Made by a program: the position numbers and the translations under genes | Shown: positions 1-6,805 of the stretch, one piece after another | Numbering within the stretch: position 1 is the stretch's first letter | Layout: each line of letters opens with the position of its first letter | Notes under the pieces: model-generated | Database searches by the model: none | What the model saw: only the letters and a program-made list of their open reading frames with translations | Told to the model about the DNA's origin: nothing | DNA from: Promethearchaeota archaeon | GTDB lineage: Archaea > Asgardarchaeota > Lokiarchaeia > Sigyniarchaeales > SOKP01 | Assembly: GCA_004524535.1 (NCBI GenBank) | Contig: SDNY01000122.1 | Span: 1 to 10,829 of the forward strand | Reading direction: 5' to 3' | Length of the DNA stretch: 10,829 nucleotides

Positions 1-2
1 TA

Positions 3-737
3 GACTTCGTTAATTGGAATATTGTGGTAAATTTAATCCCTGAGATATGTGAGAAGAAAGGAATAGATATAGATGAGATTCCTGATATCCTAAAGCGATA
101 CAAAAAGAAAGGTACAATTAGACAAGAAAAAAATTCAGTTATAATTGACCCTGGGATAGAAGACTTACAAAGCCTCCAAAAAATGCGGGAGAAAATCCTT
201 AAAAAGGTGGTTAAGGGGATTAGAGGTGTAAAAAGAGGGTTATTAACTCCTTCTGATGATAATCAAGAATGGATCATTAAGACAGAAGGAACAAACCTTC
301 AAGGTGTGACCCAAATTGAAGGTGTAGACGCATCAAGGACGGTTTCGAATCATATACATGAAGTTGAGAAATTGTATGGCATAGAAGCTGCTCGAAATAT
401 GATTATTAGGGAGTCTCAAAAGGTACTTGAACAACAGGGGCTTGATGTTGACGGACGTCATCTTTTGATCCTTTCTGATTTAATGTGCACCACCGGAACT
501 ATTCAATCAATCGGTAGACACGGTATTTCAGGCTCAAAATCGAGTGTTTTTGCTCGAGCAGCGTTTGAAGTTACGGTAAATCAATTACTCGACGCAGGGC
601 TTTATGGTGAAGAGGAGAGACTCCTTGGTATCCCAGAAAATGTGATTATAGGGCAAATAACACCTATCGGGACGGGAAGAACAAGAATTATGTTCGATCT
701 TGACGCTAATTTAGAAATTTTAAAAAAGAAAAAATAA
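3..737 (+). CDS. rpoA2: DNA-directed RNA polymerase subunit A'' (Rpo1C), C-terminal part; 5'-truncated by the window edge
   Basis: Conserved Rpo1C/RPB1 motifs: VKGIRGVKR, TEGTNL, SNHIHEVEKLYGIEAAR, DGRHLLILSDLMC, IGRHGISGSKSSVFARAAFE, ENVIIGQITPIGTG. The frame is open from position 3 (GAC TTC GTT AAT TGG AAT ATT GTG), so the GTG at 24 is internal. Followed by rpl30e-nusA-rps12-rps7 as in the standard archaeal cluster. Confidence 0.96.
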   Translation, partial: DFVNWNIVVNLIPEICEKKGIDIDEIPDILKRYKKKGTIRQEKNSVIIDPGIEDLQSLQKMREKILKKVVKGIRGVKRGLLTPSDDNQEWIIKTEGTNLQGVTQIEGVDASRTVSNHIHEVEKLYGIEAARNMIIRESQKVLEQQGLDVDGRHLLILSDLMCTTGTIQSIGRHGISGSKSSVFARAAFEVTVNQLLDAGLYGEEERLLGIPENVIIGQITPIGTGRTRIMFDLDANLEILKKKK

Positions 738-846
738 ATTTAAACAGAAATATCCAAATTTACTAAAAATATATATAATATTAAGATAATTTTTTTAAGA
801 TACTTAATTAATGCATAATAAATAGACACATATTTGGCAATTATTG

Positions 847-1221
847 ATGGTACCTAAAAAGAGAAACCAATCAGCTATGAGCTCTATAGACACTTCGCGA
901 AAAAAGATAAAAGAATTCGATATTGATACAAATATCAAAGTGGCTTATAAGACGGGTAAAATAATTTATGGTAAAAAGCAGGTTTTAAAAGAATTAAGGC
1001 AAAATCCATTTAAAATGTTAATAATCGCCAACAATTGTCCTAAAGAATTAGAAAATCAATTAAATTACTATAATTCTTTAATGAAAAATAAACTTTTCAT
1101 TCATAAATATAAAGGTTCTAGTTGGGACCTGGGATTAGCCTGTGCGAAACCCTATATGATTTCAGTAATAGGAGTAATTGATTCTGGAGATTCTGATTTA
1201 TTAAGCTTAAGAGCAAATTGA
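847..1221 (+). CDS. rpl30e: 50S ribosomal protein L30e (eL30)
   Basis: Motifs KTGKIIYGKKQVLK, LIIANNCP, YKGSSWDLGLACAKPY, VIDSGDSDL; canonical position between rpoA2 and nusA. Start uncertain: TTG 844, ATG 847 or ATG 877. Confidence 0.95.
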   Translation: MVPKKRNQSAMSSIDTSRKKIKEFDIDTNIKVAYKTGKIIYGKKQVLKELRQNPFKMLIIANNCPKELENQLNYYNSLMKNKLFIHKYKGSSWDLGLACAKPYMISVIGVIDSGDSDLLSLRAN

Positions 1222-1249
1222 AAATAATGTAATGCTGGAAATTTAAAAA

Positions 1250-1738
1250 ATGTTAAAGAAAAATATTAAGATTGATAGGGATTCAATGGAACTTATCTCA
1301 CTGTTTAATAATATATCTGGAGCAATAATAAAAGATTGTTTGGTGTTTAAATCTCCAGAAAATTATGGGGAAATTATAATTTTCTTAGTAAAAAAGCAAG
1401 ATGTTGGAAAAGCAATTGGAAAAAATGGAGAGCATGTTAAAGATCTAATGTCAAAACTTCAAAAGAAGATTGATGTAATTCCTTTTTCAGAGAAACTTGA
1501 AGAATTCATTCAATTTATCTTAAACACTACAAAAAACTCCATTAAGGTACAAAATATCGAAATAAAATCCTCAAAAAATCAAAAGAAAACTGTAATTATC
1601 ACTGTTCGCCCTCAAGACCGAGGAAAAGCTATTGGTAAGGACGGGTCTATGATAAGGAAGATAAAAGAATTAGTCCTTAGACATTTTGACGTTGACAACG
1701 TGATAATTAATACTAAAAATACAGGAACGGTTAATTAA
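1250..1738 (+). CDS. nusA: Archaeal NusA-like transcription factor (two KH domains)
   Basis: Two KH GxxG loops, VGKAIGKNGEHVK and RGKAIGKDGSMIR; N-terminal IIKDC motif; canonical synteny between rpl30e and rps12. Confidence 0.95.
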   Translation: MLKKNIKIDRDSMELISLFNNISGAIIKDCLVFKSPENYGEIIIFLVKKQDVGKAIGKNGEHVKDLMSKLQKKIDVIPFSEKLEEFIQFILNTTKNSIKVQNIEIKSSKNQKKTVIITVRPQDRGKAIGKDGSMIRKIKELVLRHFDVDNVIINTKNTGTVN

Positions 1739-1758
1739 CGCCCAATTAACGGTTAATA
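1726..1758. repeat. Three imperfect 11-bp tandem units spanning the nusA stop codon
   Basis: AACGGTTAATT (1726-1736), AACGCCCAATT (1737-1747), AACGGTTAATA (1748-1758). Contains palindromes GTTAATTAAC (1730-1739) and ATTAAC-G-GTTAAT (1745-1757). Confidence 0.6.
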
Positions 1759-1934
1759 TAGATTCAAAAAGAGCCAAAAAAAAAAAAATCTGTAATTCCT
1801 TTTGTATATTTTGTCATTCAATAATTCGAAATCTCTTGTGGAAGAAACTCTTTTTTATTTTGAACTAGTACGAAAATTTTAAGTTTAAGAAAATATTTCT
1901 TTTCATATAGTAATTATTTTATTAATTGAAAAGT

Positions 1935-1940
1935 AAGGTG
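1935..1940 (+). promoter_or_regulatory. Shine-Dalgarno-like motif for rps12
   Basis: AAGGTG ends 7 nt before the ATC at 1948; it matches the archaeal GGAGGTGA-type SD. Confidence 0.65.
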
Positions 1941-1947
1941 TTTTATA

Positions 1948-2382
1948 ATCGGCAAACCTAAAGGATTATATGCTGCACGACAGTTAAAGAAAAATCGTAA
2001 AAAATTCAGATGGTCCAAAACCAAATATAAAAGAAAAAAACTCAAATTAAAACAAAAAGCGGATCCACTCGAAGGAGCACCTCAAGCTTTGGGTATTGTT
2101 TTGCAGAAAGTCGGAAGAGAAAGCAAGCAACCGAACTCAGCAATACGCAAATGCGTAAGAGTTCAACTCAAGAAAAACGGAAAAAGTATTACCGCTTTTT
2201 TACCTGGTGATGGGGCATTAAACTTTATAGAGGAACATGATCAAGTAATTGTTGAAGGGATTGGAGGTGCTAAAGGCAGAGCAGTTGGTGATTTACCTGG
2301 AGTGAGATGGAGTGTTGTTAAAGTTAATGGAGTATCTTTAGAAGCGCTACTAACCGGGCGGAAAGAAAAGCCATTGAGGTAA
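1948..2382 (+). CDS. rps12: 30S ribosomal protein S12 (uS12/S23), 144 aa, with a probable non-canonical ATC start
   Basis: The ORF track starts at TTG 2089, but the same frame upstream reads (ATC) [46 protein letters not shown], the conserved archaeal/eukaryotic uS12 N-terminus. It continues into [25 protein letters not shown] and GDLPGVRW. An in-frame TGA at 1927 bounds the frame. Confidence 0.95.
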   Translation: MGKPKGLYAARQLKKNRKKFRWSKTKYKRKKLKLKQKADPLEGAPQALGIVLQKVGRESKQPNSAIRKCVRVQLKKNGKSITAFLPGDGALNFIEEHDQVIVEGIGGAKGRAVGDLPGVRWSVVKVNGVSLEALLTGRKEKPLR

Positions 2383-2387
2383 AAACT

Positions 2388-3005
2388 ATGAGTAAAGACA
2401 AAAGTGAAATAAAATTATTTAATATCTGGTCTTTTAATGATATAGAGGTAAATGATTATACTATAGTTAATTATATTAATTTAAGCCCTATTATTATCCC
2501 CCATTCATGCGGAAAACATGAACATAAAAGGTTCTGGAAGACTTCAAAGGTTTCGATAGTTGAACGGTTTGCCAATAGATTATTATCCCCAGGATTTATA
2601 GCTGGAAAAATTAAGGGTCATAAAAGCTCTCATAATTCAGGAAAAAAAAATAAAATAATTAAAGGTATAAAAACCGCATTCATATTGATCGAACGTATCA
2701 CAGAATTAAATCCAATTCAAGTATTAGTTGATGCTATAGTGAACACCGCTCCAAGAGAAGAAACAACTCGGATTGCGATGGGAGGAATTTCCTACGCATC
2801 AGCAGTAGACATTTCACCTCAACGAAGAGTTGATTTAGCAGTTAAATATTTAACCCAAGCGATTGCTTCACGAAGTAGCGGGAGTTTAAGAAATTTTGAA
2901 GAATGTATTGCACAAGAACTTATCAATGCGTCAAAAAACTCACAAGAATCACTAGCAGTAAAAAGAAAAGATGAGATAGAAAGAATTGCCATCTCTGCAC
3001 GGTAA
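2388..3005 (+). CDS. rps7: 30S ribosomal protein S7 (uS7/S5e)
   Basis: Motifs IKLFNIWS, SIVERFANRL, NPIQVLVDAIVNTAPREETTRI, AVDISPQRRVDLA, IAQELINA, KRKDEIERIAISAR; starts 5 nt after the rps12 stop. Confidence 0.97.
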   Translation: MSKDKSEIKLFNIWSFNDIEVNDYTIVNYINLSPIIIPHSCGKHEHKRFWKTSKVSIVERFANRLLSPGFIAGKIKGHKSSHNSGKKNKIIKGIKTAFILIERITELNPIQVLVDAIVNTAPREETTRIAMGGISYASAVDISPQRRVDLAVKYLTQAIASRSSGSLRNFEECIAQELINASKNSQESLAVKRKDEIERIAISAR

Positions 3006-3057
3006 ACTATTCTAATGATTTTAAAATAATTCTCTTTTTAGATTTTATATCACGCCT

Positions 3058-3137
3058 ATATTATCAGAATTCGATTATATTTATATATTTGTTAACCATA
3101 TTATTTATCAAGAAGATCTAAGTAAATCTGATAATAT
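3058..3137. promoter_or_regulatory. Putative promoter (TATA-like TTTATATA at 3080-3087) flanked by a perfect 11-bp inverted repeat; candidate operator
   Basis: ATATTATCAGA (3058-3068) and its reverse complement TCTGATAATAT (3127-3137), 58 nt apart; the right arm ends 4 nt before the ATG at 3142. The region is AT-rich, so significance is moderate. Confidence 0.45.
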
Positions 3138-3141
3138 TGCG

Positions 3142-5142
3142 ATGAGTCCCGACAAAAATAGAAATGATATAGAGAAACTGCTAAAAACCTTAGGCCAAAA
3201 GATTAGAATAGACATCTTGAAGAAGTTGAAAAATAGTGAATTAGTAGTATCCTTTTCCAAGCTTCAAAAAGAAATTTTAGATACGAATCAAAATTCTCTT
3301 AATTTTTCCTACCATATAAAAGCATTAGAAAAAGTTGGTTTAATATCGAGCTCTGAGGATGGTTATTTCATTTCATCACTTGGCAAGAAAATTTTAAACA
3401 TAGTTTTATCAATGGAACAATTTCTAGACGATCAAAACAAGATTACAATGATTAGGACTTCAAAATACTCTAAAGAAGTTTTTGATTTTAAAAAAATTGA
3501 AGATTATTTGATTAAAGAGGGTGAATTAGAAAGGTACTTGGCAAAAAAAATCGCCCGTGAGGTTAAAGAACGCCTTTCTAAGATAAACATAGAATATTTA
3601 ACGTCTCCATTAATGCGAGAATTTATAAATGCTATACTTTTAGAAGAAGGTTTAGAGGATGTGAGACATAAATTAACACGATTAGGCACGCCTCCTTATG
3701 AAGTCTTTAAATTATTTAAAAATAATGAAATATTTCCAGAAAATTTTATCCAGATATTAGGTTCAGATGTTTCTGAGCAATTTTTATTACTAAATCTGTT
3801 ACCTAATCACTTGGCTGATCTTTATTTATCAGGAGAAATAGCTTTATGCCATCTAAACTATTGGAGTTTAAGACCACTAAGTATCTATGTGAATACAGAG
3901 ACATTATTGGATATAATATTCAAAAGATATTCAAATATATCTAAAAATGTTGATAATTCAAAAGATTTACTTAGTCTTTTATTAAGTTTAGTAGATTTAA
4001 TTTATCAAATAAAGCCATATTTTTCTGAAGATCTCGTATTAGGGGATTTCAACAATAAATTCCTTTCGCTTTTTAATTTTCTTAGTAAGGATAAAAACTC
4101 AGATTTTCATAAAATCTTATTTTCTCAAATTTCAAGATATAACAAAGAAATTAACGATAGTCGAAGCCATTTATCCTTAGAATTTTGTTATGATGATAAG
4201 AACCATTTAAATGGAAAAAAAAGATTTCAATTTCAAAACGATAAATTATTTTTAGAAAAACTTAACAATGGAATAAATTATAATGAAAATCACATCAATC
4301 CTTTAATCCTATTTGATTATTCAAAATTTGATTTTCAAGAAATAGAAAGCTTTGTTTTAAATGACATCAATTTATCAAATTTAGGAAAAAATTTTATCTT
4401 TTATGATAATAAATCACATTTGTTAAATTCAAACATTATTAAAATTATGAATTCTGACGAAAATAAATTTTTAAGGGCTAGAATTATTTTAGACAAAATT
4501 TTGATTAATTTAAACTCAATATCATCAGAAGCAAATCAGAATGATGATGTTTTTTGTGATTTATTACAAGATAAACTGAATTCAGTTTTTGAATTTTTTA
4601 GCTATAAAGAATCTTTAATTAATAGGAAATTAAATTCTTTAAAAAATTGGGAGCCTTTAGTATCAGATTTTTTTGGAGAAGATTTCAGAAATTGGAGTAA
4701 ATATTCGTTAAAATCAATTAGTTTTATTGGATTGAATGAAGCTATTATTAACCATTGTGGTTTAGAGCTCGATAGAGTAGTCGCAAGTCAATCATTTGCC
4801 CTTAAAATTTTATCCCTTTTAAAAGATCTAATCAATGAAAAAAATGAAAACGAAAATGAATCTTTTGTTTTGAGTCAGCCTCATCGTGATAGATATATTG
4901 CGCTATCTAAAAATAATAAGATTATGAAATTAAACAAAAAGAACCATTTTTATTCCCCAAGAATAATAAGAAAAAACTCCAAATTACCTCTACAAGAAAA
5001 AATTTCCATTTTCAAAAAATTTGAGACAGTAATTGAAGGCGGAACGAAATTCAATAATTCACTTAGTTCTAATAATATGTCAAAAGAAGAAAGTTTAAAA
5101 ATTTTAATGGAATCTAAATTAAAAGCATTTTCAATTCACTAA
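3142..5142 (+). CDS. ArsR-like winged-HTH + ATP-cone + degenerate class III ribonucleotide reductase (NrdD-like) domain protein; probably catalytically inactive
   Basis: Residues ~10-95 form an ArsR-type wHTH (LLKTLGQKIRIDILKKL...SFSKLQKEI...NFSYHIKALEKVGLI...GYFISSLGK). Residues ~103-190 match the archaeal NrdD-type ATP-cone (IRTS...FDFKKIEDYLIKE...IAREVKERL...LTSPLMREFINAILLEEGL...TRLG). NrdD barrel remnants follow: ADLYLSGEIALCHLNYWSLRP, ILINLNSISSEA, SISFIGLNEAI, FALKILSLLKD, FVLSQP, LQEKISIFKKFETVIEGG. There is no finger-loop Cys motif, no C-terminal CxxC pairs and no RxxGY glycyl-radical loop. Confidence 0.8.
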   Translation: MSPDKNRNDIEKLLKTLGQKIRIDILKKLKNSELVVSFSKLQKEILDTNQNSLNFSYHIKALEKVGLISSSEDGYFISSLGKKILNIVLSMEQFLDDQNKITMIRTSKYSKEVFDFKKIEDYLIKEGELERYLAKKIAREVKERLSKINIEYLTSPLMREFINAILLEEGLEDVRHKLTRLGTPPYEVFKLFKNNEIFPENFIQILGSDVSEQFLLLNLLPNHLADLYLSGEIALCHLNYWSLRPLSIYVNTETLLDIIFKRYSNISKNVDNSKDLLSLLLSLVDLIYQIKPYFSEDLVLGDFNNKFLSLFNFLSKDKNSDFHKILFSQISRYNKEINDSRSHLSLEFCYDDKNHLNGKKRFQFQNDKLFLEKLNNGINYNENHINPLILFDYSKFDFQEIESFVLNDINLSNLGKNFIFYDNKSHLLNSNIIKIMNSDENKFLRARIILDKILINLNSISSEANQNDDVFCDLLQDKLNSVFEFFSYKESLINRKLNSLKNWEPLVSDFFGEDFRNWSKYSLKSISFIGLNEAIINHCGLELDRVVASQSFALKILSLLKDLINEKNENENESFVLSQPHRDRYIALSKNNKIMKLNKKNHFYSPRIIRKNSKLPLQEKISIFKKFETVIEGGTKFNNSLSSNNMSKEESLKILMESKLKAFSIH

Positions 5143-6056
5143 TCGGCCAATAATTCCGCTAGGATTGCCTTTCTCATCATTAAACCATAAGATGTTTGTT
5201 TGAAGTATATTGCTTTTTTCGAACTATCTACATCTGGAGAAATTTCTGTTATTCTTGGAAGAGGGTGCATAAGGATAAATGTATTCTTTGTGTTTACTAG
5301 ATCTTCTTGTTTAAAAATATAGACATTTTTCACTTTTTCATATTCTTCCACATCAACAAATCTTTCTCTTTGAATTCTCGTCATATAAAGAACATCAAGT
5401 AGATCTAATAAACTCCTATATTGAATTACTTCTTTAAATTTGATCTGCCGCTGAATTAAAAACTCCTTTTCTTGATTCCTAATAGTTAATTCTTTTGGAC
5501 TAATAAAATAAAGGTTTACATTAAAATTTGAAAATAATACAGCTAAACTATGTACGGTGCGACCATACTTCAAATCTCCCATGATTCCTATGTTTAAACC
5601 ATCTAATTTACCACATTCCTCTTTGATTGTCAATAAATCTAATAATGCTTGAGTAGGATGTTCACCGCTACCTGAACCTGCGTTAATGATTGGAACTTCT
5701 GAAAATCGGGAAGCCAATTTGGCAGCCCCTTCCATAGAGTGTCTTATAACTATACAATCACAATAATTTTCCACAGTTCTTATCGTATCAGCAAGGCTTT
5801 CTCCTTTTTTGATTGAAGATACTTCTCCCGATTGAAACCCAATAACATTTCCTCCCAATCTATACATCGCCGATTCAAAACTTAGTCGAGTTCGGGTAGA
5901 AGGTTCAAAAAATAATGTTGCAAGTATTTTACCTTTGAGAAGATTAGTATTTGTAGAATTAACCATTTCTCTACTCTTTTTCAAGAGATATTCAATATCT
6001 TCTCTATTAAATTGCTTAGCACTTATTATACCTTCGCCAAATTTCTCTTTAAACAT
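5139..6056 (-). CDS. pyrB: Aspartate carbamoyltransferase catalytic subunit
   Basis: FFEPSTRTRLSFESA, KKGESLADT, INAGSGSGEHPTQALLDL, GDLKYGRTVHSL, YMTRIQRERF and MHPLPR are all diagnostic ATCase motifs. Confidence 0.98.
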   Translation of the reverse strand: MFKEKFGEGIISAKQFNREDIEYLLKKSREMVNSTNTNLLKGKILATLFFEPSTRTRLSFESAMYRLGGNVIGFQSGEVSSIKKGESLADTIRTVENYCDCIVIRHSMEGAAKLASRFSEVPIINAGSGSGEHPTQALLDLLTIKEECGKLDGLNIGIMGDLKYGRTVHSLAVLFSNFNVNLYFISPKELTIRNQEKEFLIQRQIKFKEVIQYRSLLDLLDVLYMTRIQRERFVDVEEYEKVKNVYIFKQEDLVNTKNTFILMHPLPRITEISPDVDSSKKAIYFKQTSYGLMMRKAILAELLAD

Positions 6057-6239
6057 TTATTTTCTTTTCCAAAGTTTATTATTAAATTTATGTAAAAGTT
6101 GCTTAAATTATTTGCTATTTAGGTTATATCCCACCAATAAGTAATGAGGTTTAATTAAGCTTAAATTTAACGGAACTAATAAAATTTAAAGCTTATAAAT
6201 AATTAACTACATCATTATTTTAATTTAGGTTTTTGAAAA

Positions 6240-6521
6240 TTGAAATATCCTAGAACATTAAACAGATATTGTCCGAAATGCAGAACGCATACTAAGCATA
6301 ACGTCTCAATTTATAAAAAAGGAAAAGAAAACACCCAAGCTCAAGGAAAAAGAAGATTTGAAAAAAAGAAAAAAGGTTATGGTTCTTTTCCAAAAGAGAT
6401 TTTTCATAAAAACGCAAAAATAAATAAAAAAACAACACCTTTACTTGAATGTTCTGAATGTGGCAAAAAGCACTATTCAAAAGCCTATCGCGTAAAAAAA
6501 TTTGAATTACAAGAAGTTTAA
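6240..6521 (+). CDS. rpl44e: 50S ribosomal protein L44e (eL42)
   Basis: Zn ribbon YCPKCRTHTKH...LECSECGK, with QGKRRF and KKGYG; TTG start with AGGT (6227-6230) upstream; adjacent to rps27e. Confidence 0.96.
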   Translation: MKYPRTLNRYCPKCRTHTKHNVSIYKKGKENTQAQGKRRFEKKKKGYGSFPKEIFHKNAKINKKTTPLLECSECGKKHYSKAYRVKKFELQEV

Positions 6522-6542
6522 TTAAAAATTGAGATACCAACT

Positions 6543-6749
6543 ATGGGTAGAGATAAAAAATCAAAAGAATTGATCCCCCAACCTAAAAGCCGTTTCTTGC
6601 GCGTAAAATGCTTAAATTGTGGAAATCAACAAATAATTTTTGGGTGTTCCGCCACTGATGTCGAATGTTTGGTATGCGGGAAAATACTACTTCAATCAAC
6701 AGGCGGGAAAGCTCGTATTCTTACAAAAATTTTAGAAGTTCTTTCTTAA
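6543..6749 (+). CDS. rps27e: 30S ribosomal protein S27e (eS27)
   Basis: [24 protein letters not shown]...[18 protein letters not shown]; canonical rpl44e-rps27e pair. Confidence 0.97.
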   Translation: MGRDKKSKELIPQPKSRFLRVKCLNCGNQQIIFGCSATDVECLVCGKILLQSTGGKARILTKILEVLS

Positions 6750-6773
6750 ACCTATAGGTTTAACTTATGTCTA

Positions 6774-6781
6774 TTTTTTTT
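6774..6781 (+). terminator. Candidate oligo-T archaeal terminator after rps27e
   Basis: T8 tract 24 nt downstream of the rps27e stop, between two convergent genes. Confidence 0.4.
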
Positions 6782-6805
6782 AGAGTAAACCTGAGTATTA
6801 ATTGA

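Noticed and set aside
1219-1227. Selenocysteine read-through of the rpl30e TGA stop
   Set aside because: The protein is already complete at the TGA, a TAA follows two codons later, and I see no SECIS-like hairpin.
1726-1758. CRISPR remnant or transposon end
   Set aside because: Units are 11 bp with no spacers; no cas or transposase gene and no matching distal terminal repeat seen.
2089-2382. 97-aa rps12 as called by the ORF track, or a truncated rps12 pseudogene
   Set aside because: The conserved N-terminal 47 codons are intact and in frame upstream, with no frameshift or stop; only the start codon is atypical.
3504-3689. 61-aa minus-strand ORF
   Set aside because: Entirely antisense to the conserved ATP-cone coding region; no recognisable motif; shadow ORF.
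3142-5142. Annotation as a functional anaerobic ribonucleotide reductase nrdD
   Set aside because: No catalytic Cys motif, Zn-binding CxxC pairs or RxxGY glycyl-radical loop; the downstream sequence is occupied by pyrB, so a frameshifted continuation is implausible.
5935-6144. 69-aa plus-strand ORF
   Set aside because: Overlaps the 5' end of pyrB antisense; Leu/Phe-rich composition typical of AT-rich shadow frames.
6148-6200. Overlapping palindromes (TTAATTAA, TTAAGCTTAA, TTAAATTTAA) and a TTAACGG motif shared with 1746-1752 in the pyrB/rpl44e spacer
   Set aside because: Almost pure A/T palindromes are expected by chance at this composition; a 7-nt match is too short to support a shared regulon without a genome-wide test.
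6292-6540. 82-aa minus-strand ORF that looks hydrophobic
   Set aside because: Antisense to Lys-rich rpl44e; AAA codons read as TTT (Phe), which explains the apparent membrane character.
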